Source: Scyliorhinus canicula
Lineage: Eukaryota
DNA length: 64,000 nt
Assembly: GCF_902713615.1 (NCBI RefSeq)
Contig: NW_024055820.1
Span: 2,488,107-2,552,106, forward strand
Reading direction: 5' to 3'
Part shown: in pieces, positions 1 through 12,800 of the stretch
How positions within the stretch are numbered: the stretch's first letter is position 1
Layout of the letters: the number at the start of each line of letters is the position of its first letter
Translations under genes and position numbers: made by a program
The notes under the pieces: generated by a model
The model's input: the letters and a program-made list of their open reading frames with translations, nothing else
Told to the model about the DNA's origin: nothing
Databases searched by the model: none

Positions 1-379
1 ATGGCCTCCTTCTGCACTATATGTTCTATGCACATGTGACTCTAGATGCACAGTCATCTGGTTGACTCTTAAAATGCTCTGAGATACACTCAGTCCAAGG
101 GCAATTAGGGCTGGGCAGTGAATGCTGGCCCAGCCAGCGACACCCACATCCCGTGAATGAACAGAAAAGAAAATCTGCCATCCTTACCTGGTCTGGCCGA
201 CACGATTCCAAACCACAGCAATGTGGTTGACTCTTTAAATGACCTCTGAGATGGTCTTGAAAGCCATTCAGTTCCAGGGAAATTAGGATGGGCAATAAAT
301 GTTGGCCCAGCCAGTGACTCCAAACAAAATAAAATCCCGGAGACTCCAGTCAGTCAATCCGGGAGAGTTGGTATCCGGT

Positions 380-700
380 CCAGGCTCTCAGCGCATGCGC
401 CCTGCGGCACCTTGTACTCTGTAAAGATGGCGGCCGGTAACCCGAACCTGTCACCACTCAGCTCTCACTCTGTTCGGTGCTGTTTAAGACGGGACCGTTA
501 ACATTTTACTCGAGAGTTGAAGCCTCCACGGGGTATTTATGTAGCCTCCCGGCTCACTCCGCAGCTTCTATTGCTCCCCGGCCACCCACTGGCTCCAATC
601 CTGAAAGTCGCTCGATTGTTTCTATCCCGCTCCTCGCACCGTCAGCGACAACCTGAACTGCACATGCGCCGGACACAGCCGGACTCTGCGCATGTGTGGG
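380..700. promoter_or_regulatory. ZNF-family CpG promoter (copy A): NRF1 palindrome GCGCATGCGC 391-400, YY1 AAGATGGCGGC 424-434
   Basis: CpG-rich patch with consensus motifs and GTGAG donors facing both directions. Confidence 0.65.
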
Positions 701-3700
701 GAGGTTCTGTAATGTGGATAGAGCACATTCTCGGCCACAATGCATGTTGGGTACTAATTCTGCCATTGAAATAGATATTGATGATAAAAATTATGCTTTG
801 CCAACCGATTACAATTGGTACCGTTGGGCCAAGGGAACAAATGTATTAAATAAATTAATACAGCAACTAAAGAGCACAGGCCCTTCCACCAGAGTCTGTC
901 CTGGGTGTGATTGACAACAGACCAAACACGGACAGTGAGTTGTTAACGGGTTGGGGTCTGAGCAGATTCAGGTGAACAGTGATTTTTGTCTTCCTGGACA
1001 GAACAGTTAAACTGCCCCTCATCCATAACAATGTGCTGCAATTGGATCAAATTGTCTGGGAGTTTAAAGTTGGAGTGTTAACTAGTGGGAAAACTGAGGA
1101 AATTCCTTTGCACATGTGAAGTGTGCGAGTGATCTCCCTCTGAACTGCACATTAGATTAATCAATCACTAACTCATATTTATTCTTATTCAGTGGAAACA
1201 TCTTCCACTTGTCTATCATATCAAACCTGTTCATAATCTTACAGGATCAGGTCATCCTTCATTCCCTTTTCCAAAGAAAAAGTTATGCCCTGTCCAATCT
1301 TTCTTACTGGATGTAACCTGCCAGTCCAGGCATAATTCAAATATCTTTTCCTGCATCTTCTCCAGTCCTTCTAGATCTATTTTACAATATGGAGACTTTA
1401 ACTAATCTGAGCAGCAATCTCACCGTTGTCCCCAAATGCCTTTATGTTGCAGTATTTTAGTCATTTTACTGTCAGCTGAATGTAAGATGGGACAGAATAA
1501 GATCCAACGATCCAGTTTGTAACACTGTAGAACATCTACAAACCTGCCTCTTCCCCGTACTGCTAAACAGTTGACTTTTTCACTCTTAACCTGTCAGCTA
1601 TGTCATTAAGAATAATGTGTCAGAGAAAGACTGGATTTCAGCTTGGTGACACCAGGCCAGACTAAATTTTAGTTCATAGAATTGTTGAGCTAATTTCTCC
1701 ATATCATAAGATGCCACTGATGATTCCTGAACTGTCAAACCAATTTATATTTACCCTCTGTTCATCTGAAAAGTGTTGATTCTGCTGTTACTGCCACTGC
1801 TAATCACACCCAGAACTGAACCATCGTCAATCTGACAATTGGGGTTTATTTCGATTCCCTGTAACTGAGCTGGGCTAGTGTTTAATATCTTGTTGTTTGT
1901 GAAATAAATCAGCTTTGTCTCAAACACACTGTGTCAAGTCCTTGATTTCTCTTGGGGGAAAGGAAATTAATTGATGGCCACATGGCACCAGGCCATGCCC
2001 GTCAGTCTTTTTAAGACAGAGATATATTGGTTCTTGAATAATAAGAGGCTCAGGTGTTATGGGGAGAAGGCAGGATAATGGGGATGAGAAACATATAAGC
2101 CATGATCGAATGGCAGAGCAAACTCGATGGGCTGAATGGCCGAATTCTGCTTCTCTATCTCTTTTTTAATGAGAAGATCTCAAAGAAACGTATAAAATTC
2201 TAACAGGAGTGGACAGAGTAGATTCATAAAGAATGTTCCCAATGGTGGGAAGTCCAGATCTAGGGGGTCATAGCTTGGGGATAAGGGGTAAAACTTTTAA
2301 GACTGAGGTGAGGAGAAATTTTTTCACCTAGAGAGAGTGACGAGCCTGTGGAACTCATTACCACAGAAAGTCGTTGAGGCCAATACATTGTACAATTTGA
2401 AGGAGTATGATACAGCTCTTGGGGCTAAAGGGATTAAAGGATATGTATGACTCTGTAGCACAATGGATAGTGTGTTGGACTTCTACTTAATGGCAAGTAA
2501 GGGATTCAAATGTTGTGGGCTCATATCCCACCAGAGTCAACTGTTAGCGTGGCACAGTGGTTACCACTGTTGTCTCACAGTGCCAGGGACTCGGGTTCAA
2601 TTTCAACCTTGGGTCGCTGTCGGTGTGGAGATTACACCTTCTCCCCATGTCTACGTGGGGACGCAGACATGGGGAGAAAGTGCAGAATCCGCACAGACAG
2701 TGACCCAAGCCTGGAGTCGATAAGAATGGGTGATAAATGCTGGCACAGCCTGCAACGCCAATGTCCAATGAATAAAAAAAAAGTTTCATTAATTGTCACT
2801 CAATTAAGGATCACTACTTATTTAATCATGTTACAAACTAATTAATACACTAATTTTTAATTAATACATTTGGTTAATACAAGATACACTGGTTCTTTTC
2901 TGAGTAGTACTAAAATCCATATGCTTCACCCGCTGTCTGTGTCTATGTATTTACATTGTATATTTATTGTATGTCCTATGTATTTTCATGTATGGAGCCA
3001 TCTGTCTGGAAATGTAGAACAATATTTTTCACTGTACCCAATACACGTGACAATTAATCAAATCCAATCAAAGAGACAGTTTCTTACACGTCTTCAGATT
3101 GAACAATGAACCTTCTTAAAAATTATTCATTCATGGGAGGTGGGCGTCACTGACTGGACCAGCTGACTGCTCATTCCAATTGCCCTTGAACTGTGTGTAT
3201 TGTGAGGCTATTTAAGGAGACTTACAAATCAACCACAACATTGCTGTGGATCTGGAGTCACGTGCAGGACAGGCCACAAAAGGAGAGCAGATTTCATAAA
3301 GGACATTAGTGAACCAGACGGGTTTTTACAACGATCAACAATGTCAACATTAGACTTTGAATTTGAGACTTTTATTCAATTTCAAAAACTGTCATAGGCA
3401 GATTCGATCCCAGATCCCTAGAGCATTAACCTGGGTCTCTGGATTACTAGCCCAGTAACAATACCATTACACCTCTGCCCAGCCCACATAGTCTTGGCAG
3501 AATATGATGTCTTGTAACTTCTCAAAATTATAAAGTAATTTATTTTTTCAAACAAATTCTGATAGCTCTGCAGTTTCTGGAAACATTTTGGTTGGAAGTG
3601 TTACTTTTTAAAATAAAGAACTAGTCTTTACAAGATAACTACCTCACACACCAATTCATGTATGATAATCTATGTTCACTACTGAATAATCAATGAATTT

Positions 3701-5581
3701 ATTATTGCTTTTTGCTGTGAAATCAATGTGGTTAATACAGAAAAGGTACAGAAGGTGAAATGGCTGCAGGAAGCTGCATGTTTGAGGTATAAAAGGGCTT
3801 TCTTGACCGTGTTACTAATGACAGGGAATACACTATGAAAATAACAATTTCAAAACTAAATGTGATTACACATGTGTACTTACAGCTTCCTACATTACAA
3901 CAGTGAGTATGTTTCAATTCAAAAGTACTCCATTGGCTTTAAAACACTTTAGGAGGTTCAGTGGTCGAGAGGTTTTATAGAAATGTACATGTATTCTAAT
4001 TGTCCGCATATATTACACTCGGTGTCCTCACCAGAATCATTGATAAAGATTGAGTCTTAATTTTGTGTAATACCCACGTCATTGACACCATTTTGAATAC
4101 TCTGTGAAAATCCACACACACCATATGCACAATTATTTGTTGTAAAACACAGCGAGTTTTTGTGATTTGGAATGCAGTCGATAAATGGTGCTGGAATCTC
4201 ATTGGAATCCAATTTCCAAAAGGGAATTTGATGCATTCTGAAAATGAAAACAAAATAGCCGAACTCTGGGATTAAATGGGTCGCTGTACAAAGTGCTGGC
4301 ATAGGAAAAATGGGCCAAATAGACTCCTCTGTGCTCGAACAGCCTTGTGTACATGTAAAGGGAGTGGTAACAACCTGGAACCTATCGCCTATGAGGGTGG
4401 GAGATGCAGAGATGATGGAATGATTTCAATAGGAAATTGGACAGGCATTGAGAGAAATAAACTCACAGGGATTTGGGGATAGAACGGGGCAATAGACAGA
4501 CTGGCTTCCTCCACAGGAAGCCGACACGGTCCCAAAGGGCTGAATGGCCCCATTCCTCACCCTCCAGATGCTGTGATCTCAGGAGTGAAATTTAGTTGCT
4601 CCAGTCACTCCAACTAACTGGAGTCCCTCATCTCTGGTGCCATTCTCGTAAATGTTCTCGACACCGTCTCTGAGAACTTCACATCTTTCCCAAAGTGTGG
4701 GGCAATTATATATAGGGTTCCATTCTAGAGAGATAGAATTGAAAAGCACGGAGGAAATGTTCAGCTTGTTTAGAACCGGGGTTAGACTACACTGGGAGCA
4801 GTGTCAACATTGGTGATCTCCATTTTGATAAAGGAAATAGAGGCACTGGATAAGGTGCAACAAAGATTCATAATATACAGAACTGAGAGCATTTAACACC
4901 CAGGAAAGTCTGGGGCTGCTTTTTTCTGGAAAGGAGAAGACTGATGGGTGACCTGGAGGAAGTCTTTCAGATTATGAAGGAATTCAATAATCCAATAGGA
5001 ATTTCAGCAGAAACCTCTTTACCAGCGAGTGGTGAGAATGTGCAACTCACTCCCACAGCAAGTGGTTGAGGTGAACAGCATTAATCCATTGAACGTAAAG
5101 CTAGATACATACATGAGAGAGAAAGGAATAGAGGGAGATGCTGATGGTGGGGGAGGGGGGGGGGGGAAAGGAGGGTATAGAGGGGGGGGGGATATAGAGG
5201 GGTGGGTGGAGGGTCATGTGGAGCACAAATACTGACAGACCATGGCTAACCTCAGCCGCTATGGGAATTTAACCTGTGCTGTTCGTGTCACTCAGCACAA
5301 ACCAGCCATCCAGTCAACTGAGCTAACCGATCCCCATGTAAATCTGTAATAATTCCATAAATATTAGTGATTGCTTGTCACCCACCATACTATGTAATGT
5401 AGTTTCCCAGTGCACCTCAGACAACATGCCCCTCATACCCTGATAGTTTTCTTCTGTGAGAAGCACCAAGACAAATTAAACAAAAGAACCATGTAACCAC
5501 CATAGCCCATCTTCATGGCAATGTGGCATGATTTGGGGGATTTCAAAACAGAAATGGTAATGAAATATCTTCTAACCTGAA

Positions 5582-5905
5582 CAGCATGGTAGCATAGTGG
5601 TTAGCACAGCTGCTTCTCAGCTCCAGGGTACCAGGTTCGATTCCCGGCTTGGGTCACTGTGTGGAGTCTGCACGATCTCCCCGAGTGTGCGTGGGTTTCC
5701 TCCGGGTGCTCCAGTTTCCTCCCACAGTCCAATGATGTGCGGGTTAAGTGGATTGGCCATGCTAAATTGCCCCTAGTGTCCAAAAAAGATTAAGTGGGGT
5801 TACTGGGCTAGGGTGGAGGTGCGGGCTTGGTTGGGATGCTCTTTCCAAGGGCCGGTGCAGACTCGATGGGCTGAATGGACTTCTTCAGCACTGTAAATTC
5901 CATGA
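5582..5905 (+). mobile_element. HE1-like shark SINE (duplicated at ~17690-18013)
   Basis: tRNA head and GCAGACTCGATGGGC...GCACTGTAAATTC tail. Confidence 0.85.
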
Positions 5906-6135
5906 TCTATGAACCTCCAAACTCCCTTTCACTCTTTGATCCATGTGAAATGTGCAACCAGATATTTGCAAGAAGGCTCAGAGAGAATCAGCCCACTGGG
6001 GGAGAAGCCGTGAGACCAGCCAGTCCAGCAGAAAGAAACCCTCTGACCATCCCCATTGACCAACAGAATGAACAAAATGCAGTCCTGGATGTAATTGAGA
6101 ACAGAAACAATAACAGCAGAATCCAATCCCTGTAA

Positions 6136-6268
6136 TCAGTTGTGAACTTGTTGGTGTCTCAGGAAGTGCGATGAATGACAAAATCCCCTCACACATTGAG
6201 AGCAGGCGAACGGCCTCTCCCCAGTGTGAACTCCCTGGTGTGACTGCAGACGGCATAACCGAGTGAAT
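6136..6268 (-). pseudogene. Orphaned C-terminal zinc fingers cut off by a LINE (copy 1)
   Basis: Reads [43 protein letters not shown]; joins in frame to 8630 if the LINE is removed. Confidence 0.85.
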
Positions 6269-8629
6269 TGTGTAAATAGACGTAAACTGGTGTGAGATCA
6301 TCGGGATTGTGGAGACATAGCTGCAGGATGACCAGGGATGGGAACTGAATATCTTCAGTATTTAGGAAGGACAGACAAAAAGGAAAAGGCAGTGGAGTGG
6401 CAGTGCTGGTTAAAGAGGAAATTAATGCAATAGTGAGGAAGGATATTAGCTCCGATAATGTGGAGTCTGTATGGGTAGAGCTGAGAAACACCAAGGGGCA
6501 AAAAACATTAGTGGGCATCGTATAAAGACCCCCAAACTGCAGTGGTGATGTTGGGAATGGCAGAAAACAGGAAATTAGGCTGATTGTATCAGTTTCTGTC
6601 GGTATGTGAAGAGAAAGATTGGTGAAGACAAATGTAGGTTCCTTTCAGTCAGAAACAGGGGAATGTATAATAGGGAACAAAGAAATGGCTGAGCAAATAA
6701 ATACATACATTGCTTCTGGCTTCACAAATTAGATGCTAGAAATGTTGGGGAACGCAGGATTTAGTGAGGGGAAGGAACTGAAGGAGATCAATATTCGAGA
6801 AATTGTGTTGGGGAAATTGATGGGATTGAAGGCTGATAAATCCCCAGGGCCTGATAATCTGTATCCCAAAGTAGTTAAGGAAGTGGCTCTAGAAATAATG
6901 GATGCATTGGTGGTCATCTTCCAGGATTCTATAGACTCTGGAACAATTCCTGCACATTGGAGGGTGGCTTATGTAACTCACTATTTAAATAGGGAGCTCG
7001 AGACAAAACAGGAAATTATAGACCAGTAAGCCTGACATCGGCAGTGGGGCAAATTTTAGAATCCATTATCAAAGATTTTATAGCAAAGGACTTCGAAACC
7101 AGTGGCAGGATCGGACAGAGCCAGCATGGATTTATGAAGGGGAAATCATGCTTGACAAATCTACTGGAATTCTTCAAGTGTGTAACTGGTAGAGTTGACG
7201 AGGGAGAGCCAGTGGATGTGGTATATTTGGACTTTCAGATGGCTTTCGACTTATTCCTGCATAAGATATTAGTGTGTAAAATGAAAGCACATGGGATTAG
7301 GGGTCGTCTCTTGAGATGGATAAAAAACTGACTGGCAGACAGGAAACAAAGAGGAGGAATTAATGGATCTTTTTCAAATTGGCAGGCAGTGGCTCGTGGG
7401 GTACCGCAGGGATCGGTGCTTGGGCCCAGATATTCACAAGATATATAAATGATTTTTCTTTTCAAATTTAAAGTACCCAATTCTATTTTTGCAATGAAGT
7501 GGTAATTTAGCATGGCCAGTTCCCCTCCACTGCACATCTTTGGGGTTATGGGGGTGAGACCCATGCAAAATCGAGAACTTGACTGCACACAGACAGTGAC
7601 CCAGGCATGATTGAACCCTGATCCTGAGCACCATGAGGCAGCTGCGCCACTTATATATTAACAACTTAGATGAGGGAACAAAATGCAATATCTCCAAATT
7701 TACAGATCACACAAGTTGCTTGGGAGGATGAGCCGTGAGGAGGATGCAGAGATCCTTCAGTGTGATTTGGACAAGTTGAGTGAGTGGGCAAATGAATGGC
7801 AGATGCAGTATAATTTGGAGAAATGCGAGATTATCCACATTGGTACCAAAAATGAGAAGGCAGACTATTATCTGAACGGCCATAGATTAGGAGAGGCGGG
7901 GAATGTGCAACGAGACCTGGGTGTCCTTGTACACCAGTCACTGAAGGTAAGCACGCAGCTACAGCAGGCGGTAAAGAAGGAAAATGGTATGCTAGCCTTC
8001 ATTGCGAGCGGATTCAAGTACAGGAGCAGGAATATCTTGCTATTATTACACAGGGCCGTGGCGAGGCCATACCTGGAATATTGTGTGCAATTTTGGTCTC
8101 CTTATCTGAGGAAGGATGTTCTTGCTCTAGAGGGAGTGCAGCGAGCGTTTACCAGACTGATTCCTGGGATGGTGGGACTGACGTATGAGAGATTGAATCA
8201 GTTAGGTTTGTATTCGCTGGAGTTCAGAAGAATGAGGGGGTTCTCATAGAAACCTATAATATTCGAACAGGACTTAACAAGGTAGATGCAGGAAAGATTT
8301 TCCCGATGGTGGGAATGTACAGAACCAGAGGTCGCAGTCTGAGGATACGGGGTAGACCATTTAGGGCAGAGAGGAGGAGTAATATCTTCACCCAGAGAGT
8401 GGTGAGCCCGTGGAATTTGTTACCACAGGGAAACTTTAAGGCCAATACATTATTTGTTTGCAAGAAGCAGTTAGATATCGCACTGAAGGCGAAGGGGGTC
8501 AAAGGATATGGAGGGGAAAGCGGGATTAAGCTATTGAGTTGGATGATAAGCCATGATCATAATGAATGGCAGATCAGGCGCAAAGGGCCAAATGGCCTTT
8601 TCCTGCTCCCCCTTTTCAGGTTTCTATAT
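6269..8629 (+). mobile_element. 5'-truncated, decayed CR1-type LINE (endonuclease remnant + RT), with a SINE inside at ~7455-7650
   Basis: ORF pieces KSPGPD, GFMKGKSCLTNLLEFF, DVVYLDFQ, YCVQFWSPYLRKD; AAT at both ends. Confidence 0.92.
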
Positions 8630-8643
8630 AATCCCTTCCCACA

Positions 8644-9536
8644 CTAAGAGCAGATGAATTGCCTCTCTCCAGTGTGAACTCGCCGGTGTTTCTGAAGGTT
8701 GGACGAATTACTGAATCCCTTCCCACACTGAGAGCAGGTGAATGGCCTCTCCCCAGTGTGAATTCGCTGATGTTTCCGCAGGGTGGATAAATCACTGAAT
8801 CCTTTCCCACACTGAGAGCAGGTGAACGGCCTCTCCCCAGTGTGAATTCGCTGGTGACTCAGCAGGTCAGATGACTAAATGAATCCCTTCCCACACCCTG
8901 AGGAGGCGAATGGCCTCTCCCCAGTGTGAATTCGCTGGTGCCTCTGCAGGTCAGATGATCGAGTGAATCCCTTCCCACACTTGGAGCAGCTGAATGGTCT
9001 CTCTCCAGTATGAATTTGTTGGTGCCTCTGCAGGTTAGATGATCGAGTGAATCCTTTCCCACACTGGAGCAGTTGAATGGCCTCTCCCCAGTGTGAATTC
9101 GCTGATGTACAGTGAGGTCAGATGATTGCCTGAACCCAGTCCCACAGTGAGAGCACCTGAACGGTCTCTCGTCAGTGTGAACACGCTGATGGCGAATCAG
9201 TTCACCAGAACGTTTATAGCACTTCCCACAGTCTGGACATTGAAACGGTCTCTCATCCGTGTGAACTCGCTGGTGTGTGGACAGAGAGGATGACTGAGTG
9301 AATCCCTCCCCATACTCTGAGCAGGTGAATGGTCTCTCTCCAGTGTGACTGCGGCGATGAGTTTCCAGCTTGGATGGGGAAGTGAATCCTTTCCCACAGT
9401 CCAGACATTTCCACGGTTTCTCCTCAGTGTGACTGCATTTGTGGCTTGTGAGGCCTGATGATGGAGTGAATCCTCGTCCACACACACAAATCAAGTACGG
9501 TTTCTCCCCACTGTGAACGATGCTTTTTCCTTCCAT
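8644..9536 (-). pseudogene. Disrupted chimeric C2H2 zinc-finger gene (ZNF 'Y/X')
   Basis: ATG 9536 ([14 protein letters not shown]); C->Y in finger 3, 1-nt frameshift ~9065, Cys loss and in-frame TAG at 8875-77; last two fingers match ZNF X. Confidence 0.85.
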
Positions 9537-9934
9537 GTTCAAAATCCTATGATATTCAGGATAAATTGTGGTCGGTCAGATCCTGATGTGATGCTTGGTT
9601 TGAGTTTCCGGACTTTGAAGCCTCCCCTTCGAACACCCTGTAAAACTGATTTAAAAATAGGGAGTGAGAGAGAACCCACAAAAACACAAAGGCAGATTTC
9701 AATTCAGCTGAATGAATCTGGTTACTTGTGGGGCCGGCTCTGGGAAAAAGTGACCATGGAAACGGCTGGATTGTTATAAAAACCCAATTGGCCTCTTTGG
9801 GAGGAGAGAGAAAGAGGTGAAGAGGGACTTTGTATATTTACAAGACATATTAAGAGAGTAGTTGGCAAAGCATCCAATCTCGACATTGAGCTTCATAAAT
9901 AGAAATACCGATACTGAAACTATGCCTCTGGTGA

Positions 9935-10250
9935 TACAGTGATTAGCACTGCTGCCTCACATCCAATCTTGGTGACTGTCTCTGTGGAGTTTGCACTTTC
10001 TCCCAGTGTCTGCATGGGTTTCCACCCGGTGCTCAGATCTCCACCAACAGTCCAAAGAAGGGCACGTTAGGTGGATTGGCCTCGATAAATTGCCCTTAGT
10101 GTCCAGGGATGTGCAGGTTAGGTGGAACTATGGGGTTACAGGGACAGGGTAGGGGTGTGGGCCGAGGCAGGGCTGCCCTTTCAGAGAATCAGTGCAGACT
10201 CGATGGGCCGAATGGCCTCCTTCTGCACTGTCGGAATTCTATGGTTCTAA
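9935..10250 (+). mobile_element. HE1-like SINE, diverged
   Basis: Same body and tail as 5582-5905. Confidence 0.8.
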
Positions 10251-12479
10251 TTATATTCTATGAATCTTTCTAAAGCTCTGGTCACCACTCTTCAGGAAGG
10301 ATGTGAAGGTTCACGGAGAAGGTGCAGAGGAGATTTACCAGAATGGATCCAGCAAAGGAGGTTGAGGGGAGATTTGATTCAGGTCCACAAGATTATGCCA
10401 GATTTCCATCGGGTGGACAAAGAAACTCTGTTTCCATTCACTGATCGTACAAGCAGTCGGGACACAGATTTAAAGTTTTGGGTAAAACCTGGATTGAACT
10501 ATATCAGATCCTGAAGGGTCTTGACAGGGTGGATGTGGAGAGGATGTTTCCTCTTGTTGGAGAATCGACAAATAGGGCATCACTGTTGCAAAATAAGGAG
10601 TCACCCATTTCAGATGGAGATGAGGATTTTTCATTCTCTTGAGTGTTGCAGGACTTTGGCAATCACGTCCTTAAAAGGCAGTGGAAGCAGTCCTTCAATA
10701 TTTTTAAGGCAGAGCTGGATAGATTCTTCATGAGCAAGGGGGTGAAAGGTTATCATGGGTAGGCAGGAATGCTGAGCAGGTTCGAGGGGCCGAGTGGCCT
10801 GTTCCTAGTTTGTATGTAAAAGGTACAGGAGATATGAGGTAATAGGAGATATGTTTTTACACAGCGAGCGGCAATGACGTGATACTTGCTGCCCATGAGG
10901 GAGTTTGAAAATAAATACATGAATCATTTGATTTCAAAAGGAAATTGGACAGACATCAAAGGGAAATAAACCTGCGAGGATACAGGGATAGAGCAGGAGA
11001 ATGGGACTTACTGGATTGCCCCAGAGAGCTAGCATGGATTCAATGGGCCGAATGCCATTCTCTGTGTCATCATATCTCTGACTCTCTTGTATAATCTAGT
11101 TTTGTAATTTAACCCTGGCGGGTTCAGATATCACTCAGGTAAATCTGTGCTACACTCCCTCCGAGGCCATTCTATCCTTCCTCAGGTTTGTTGCCCAGAA
11201 CTGAACACAGTTCTCCAGGTTTGGTCTAACCAGGGTTTGTGAATCTCGGGGCTTTTCCAGTCACACTGAGACCTGAAATCTTCCCTCACAGACAGAACAG
11301 ACAAACCTTTTACCTTCCACACCCAGATGCTGCTGATATTCAGGTTCTGATGAATCGAGTGACTCTGTCAGATCGCGATGTGACATTTGGTTTGCGTTTC
11401 CCGTCTGTTAAACCTCCACTTCCAGTATCCTGTAAATTTACAGAAACCTCACTGTCAGTTTAGGATAGAAATTCACAACATTCTCTCCTCGCCAACTTTG
11501 ATTAAATGTATTCCTGGAGATTTGATCACATGACCTGCCCCCATCCTCCAGCCATTAATCGGTCAACACGTCCATCCTTGTGACACACTGCCTTCCTCGG
11601 CCAATTGGGAAAAGGACTCATTACCTTACAGGACAGTGACTGACTGTCAGCCAATCGACCTTTATCCCATTTTCAATATTTTTATATCCGCTGAAGAGAA
11701 ATGTTCAAAGAAAATTACATTAAAATCTTCTTTACTGTCCTAATGATTTCCCAGACACGAATCTCACCAAGACAGAAGGTTAAATTTGAATTAATTTAAA
11801 GTCTACTGAAGACCCTGAAACCATTGTTGGTTGTTGCAAAGACCCATCTGGTTCACTCATGTCCTTCAGTGAGGGAAATCTTCCATCCTTACCTGGTCTG
11901 GCCAATATCCAAAGGCCAAAGACGTGCAGGTTAGGTGGATTCAAATGAAATAAAATGAAATGAAAATGAATAAAAAATTGGCCATGACAAATTGCCCTTA
12001 GTGACCAAAAACGGTTCGGAGGGGTTATTGTGTTACGGGGATAGGGTGGAAGTGAGGGCTTAAATGGGTTGGCGCAGACTCGATGGGCCGAATGGCCTCC
12101 TTCTGCACTATATGTTCTATGTACATGTGACTCTAGATGCACAGTCAGCTTGTTGACTCTTAAAATGATCTCTGAGATACACTCAGTTCAAAGGCGATTA
12201 GGGCTGGGCAGTGAATGCTGGCCCAGCCAGCGACACACACATCCCGTGAATGAATAGAAAAGAAAATCTGCCATCCTTACCTGGTCTGGCCGACACGATT
12301 CCAAACCACAGCAATGTGGTTGACTCTTTAAATGCCCTCCGAGATGGCCGAGCCAGCCACTCGGTTTAAGGGAAATTAGTGATGGGCAATAAATGTTGGC
12401 CCAGCCAGTGACTCCCACAAATGATTAAAATAAAATCCTGGAGACTCCAGTCAGTCAATCTGGGAGAGTTGGTATCCGG

Positions 12480-12800
12480 TCCAGGCTCTCAGCGCATGCG
12501 CCCTGTGGCACCTTGTCCTCTGTAAAGATGGCGGCCGGTAACCCGGGCCTGTCGCCGCTCAGCTCTCACGCTGTTCGGTGCTGTTTAAGACGGGACCGTT
12601 AACATTTTACTCAAGAGTTGAAGCCTCCACGGGGTATTTATGAAGCCTCCCGGCTCACTCCGCAGCTTCTATTGCTCCCTGGCCACCCACCGGCTCCAAT
12701 CCTGAAAGTTGCTCGATTGTTTCTATCCCGCTCCTCGCACCGTCAGCGACAACCTGAACTGCATATGCGCCGGACACAGCCGGACTCTGCGCATGTGTGG
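12480..12800. promoter_or_regulatory. ZNF-family CpG promoter (copy B), probable promoter of ZNF Y
   Basis: NRF1 12492-12501, YY1 12525-12535, minus-strand donor at 12569. Confidence 0.65.

Larger units (their letters stand above)
1..8850. repeat. Segmental tandem duplication, copy A (left end beyond the window)
   Basis: Collinear with 12092-20878 at offset 12091-12111; paired ORFs such as 517/12618, 2463/14568, 7683/19794. Confidence 0.95.

Noticed and set aside
3996-4302. Exon-like segment with a good acceptor and donor (also ~16100-16410)
   Set aside because: No recognisable domain, and the two duplicate copies differ by a 2-nt frameshift
5582-5660. tRNA genes at GGTTCGATTCC motifs
   Set aside because: All continue into SINE bodies and lack a full cloverleaf; they are SINE heads
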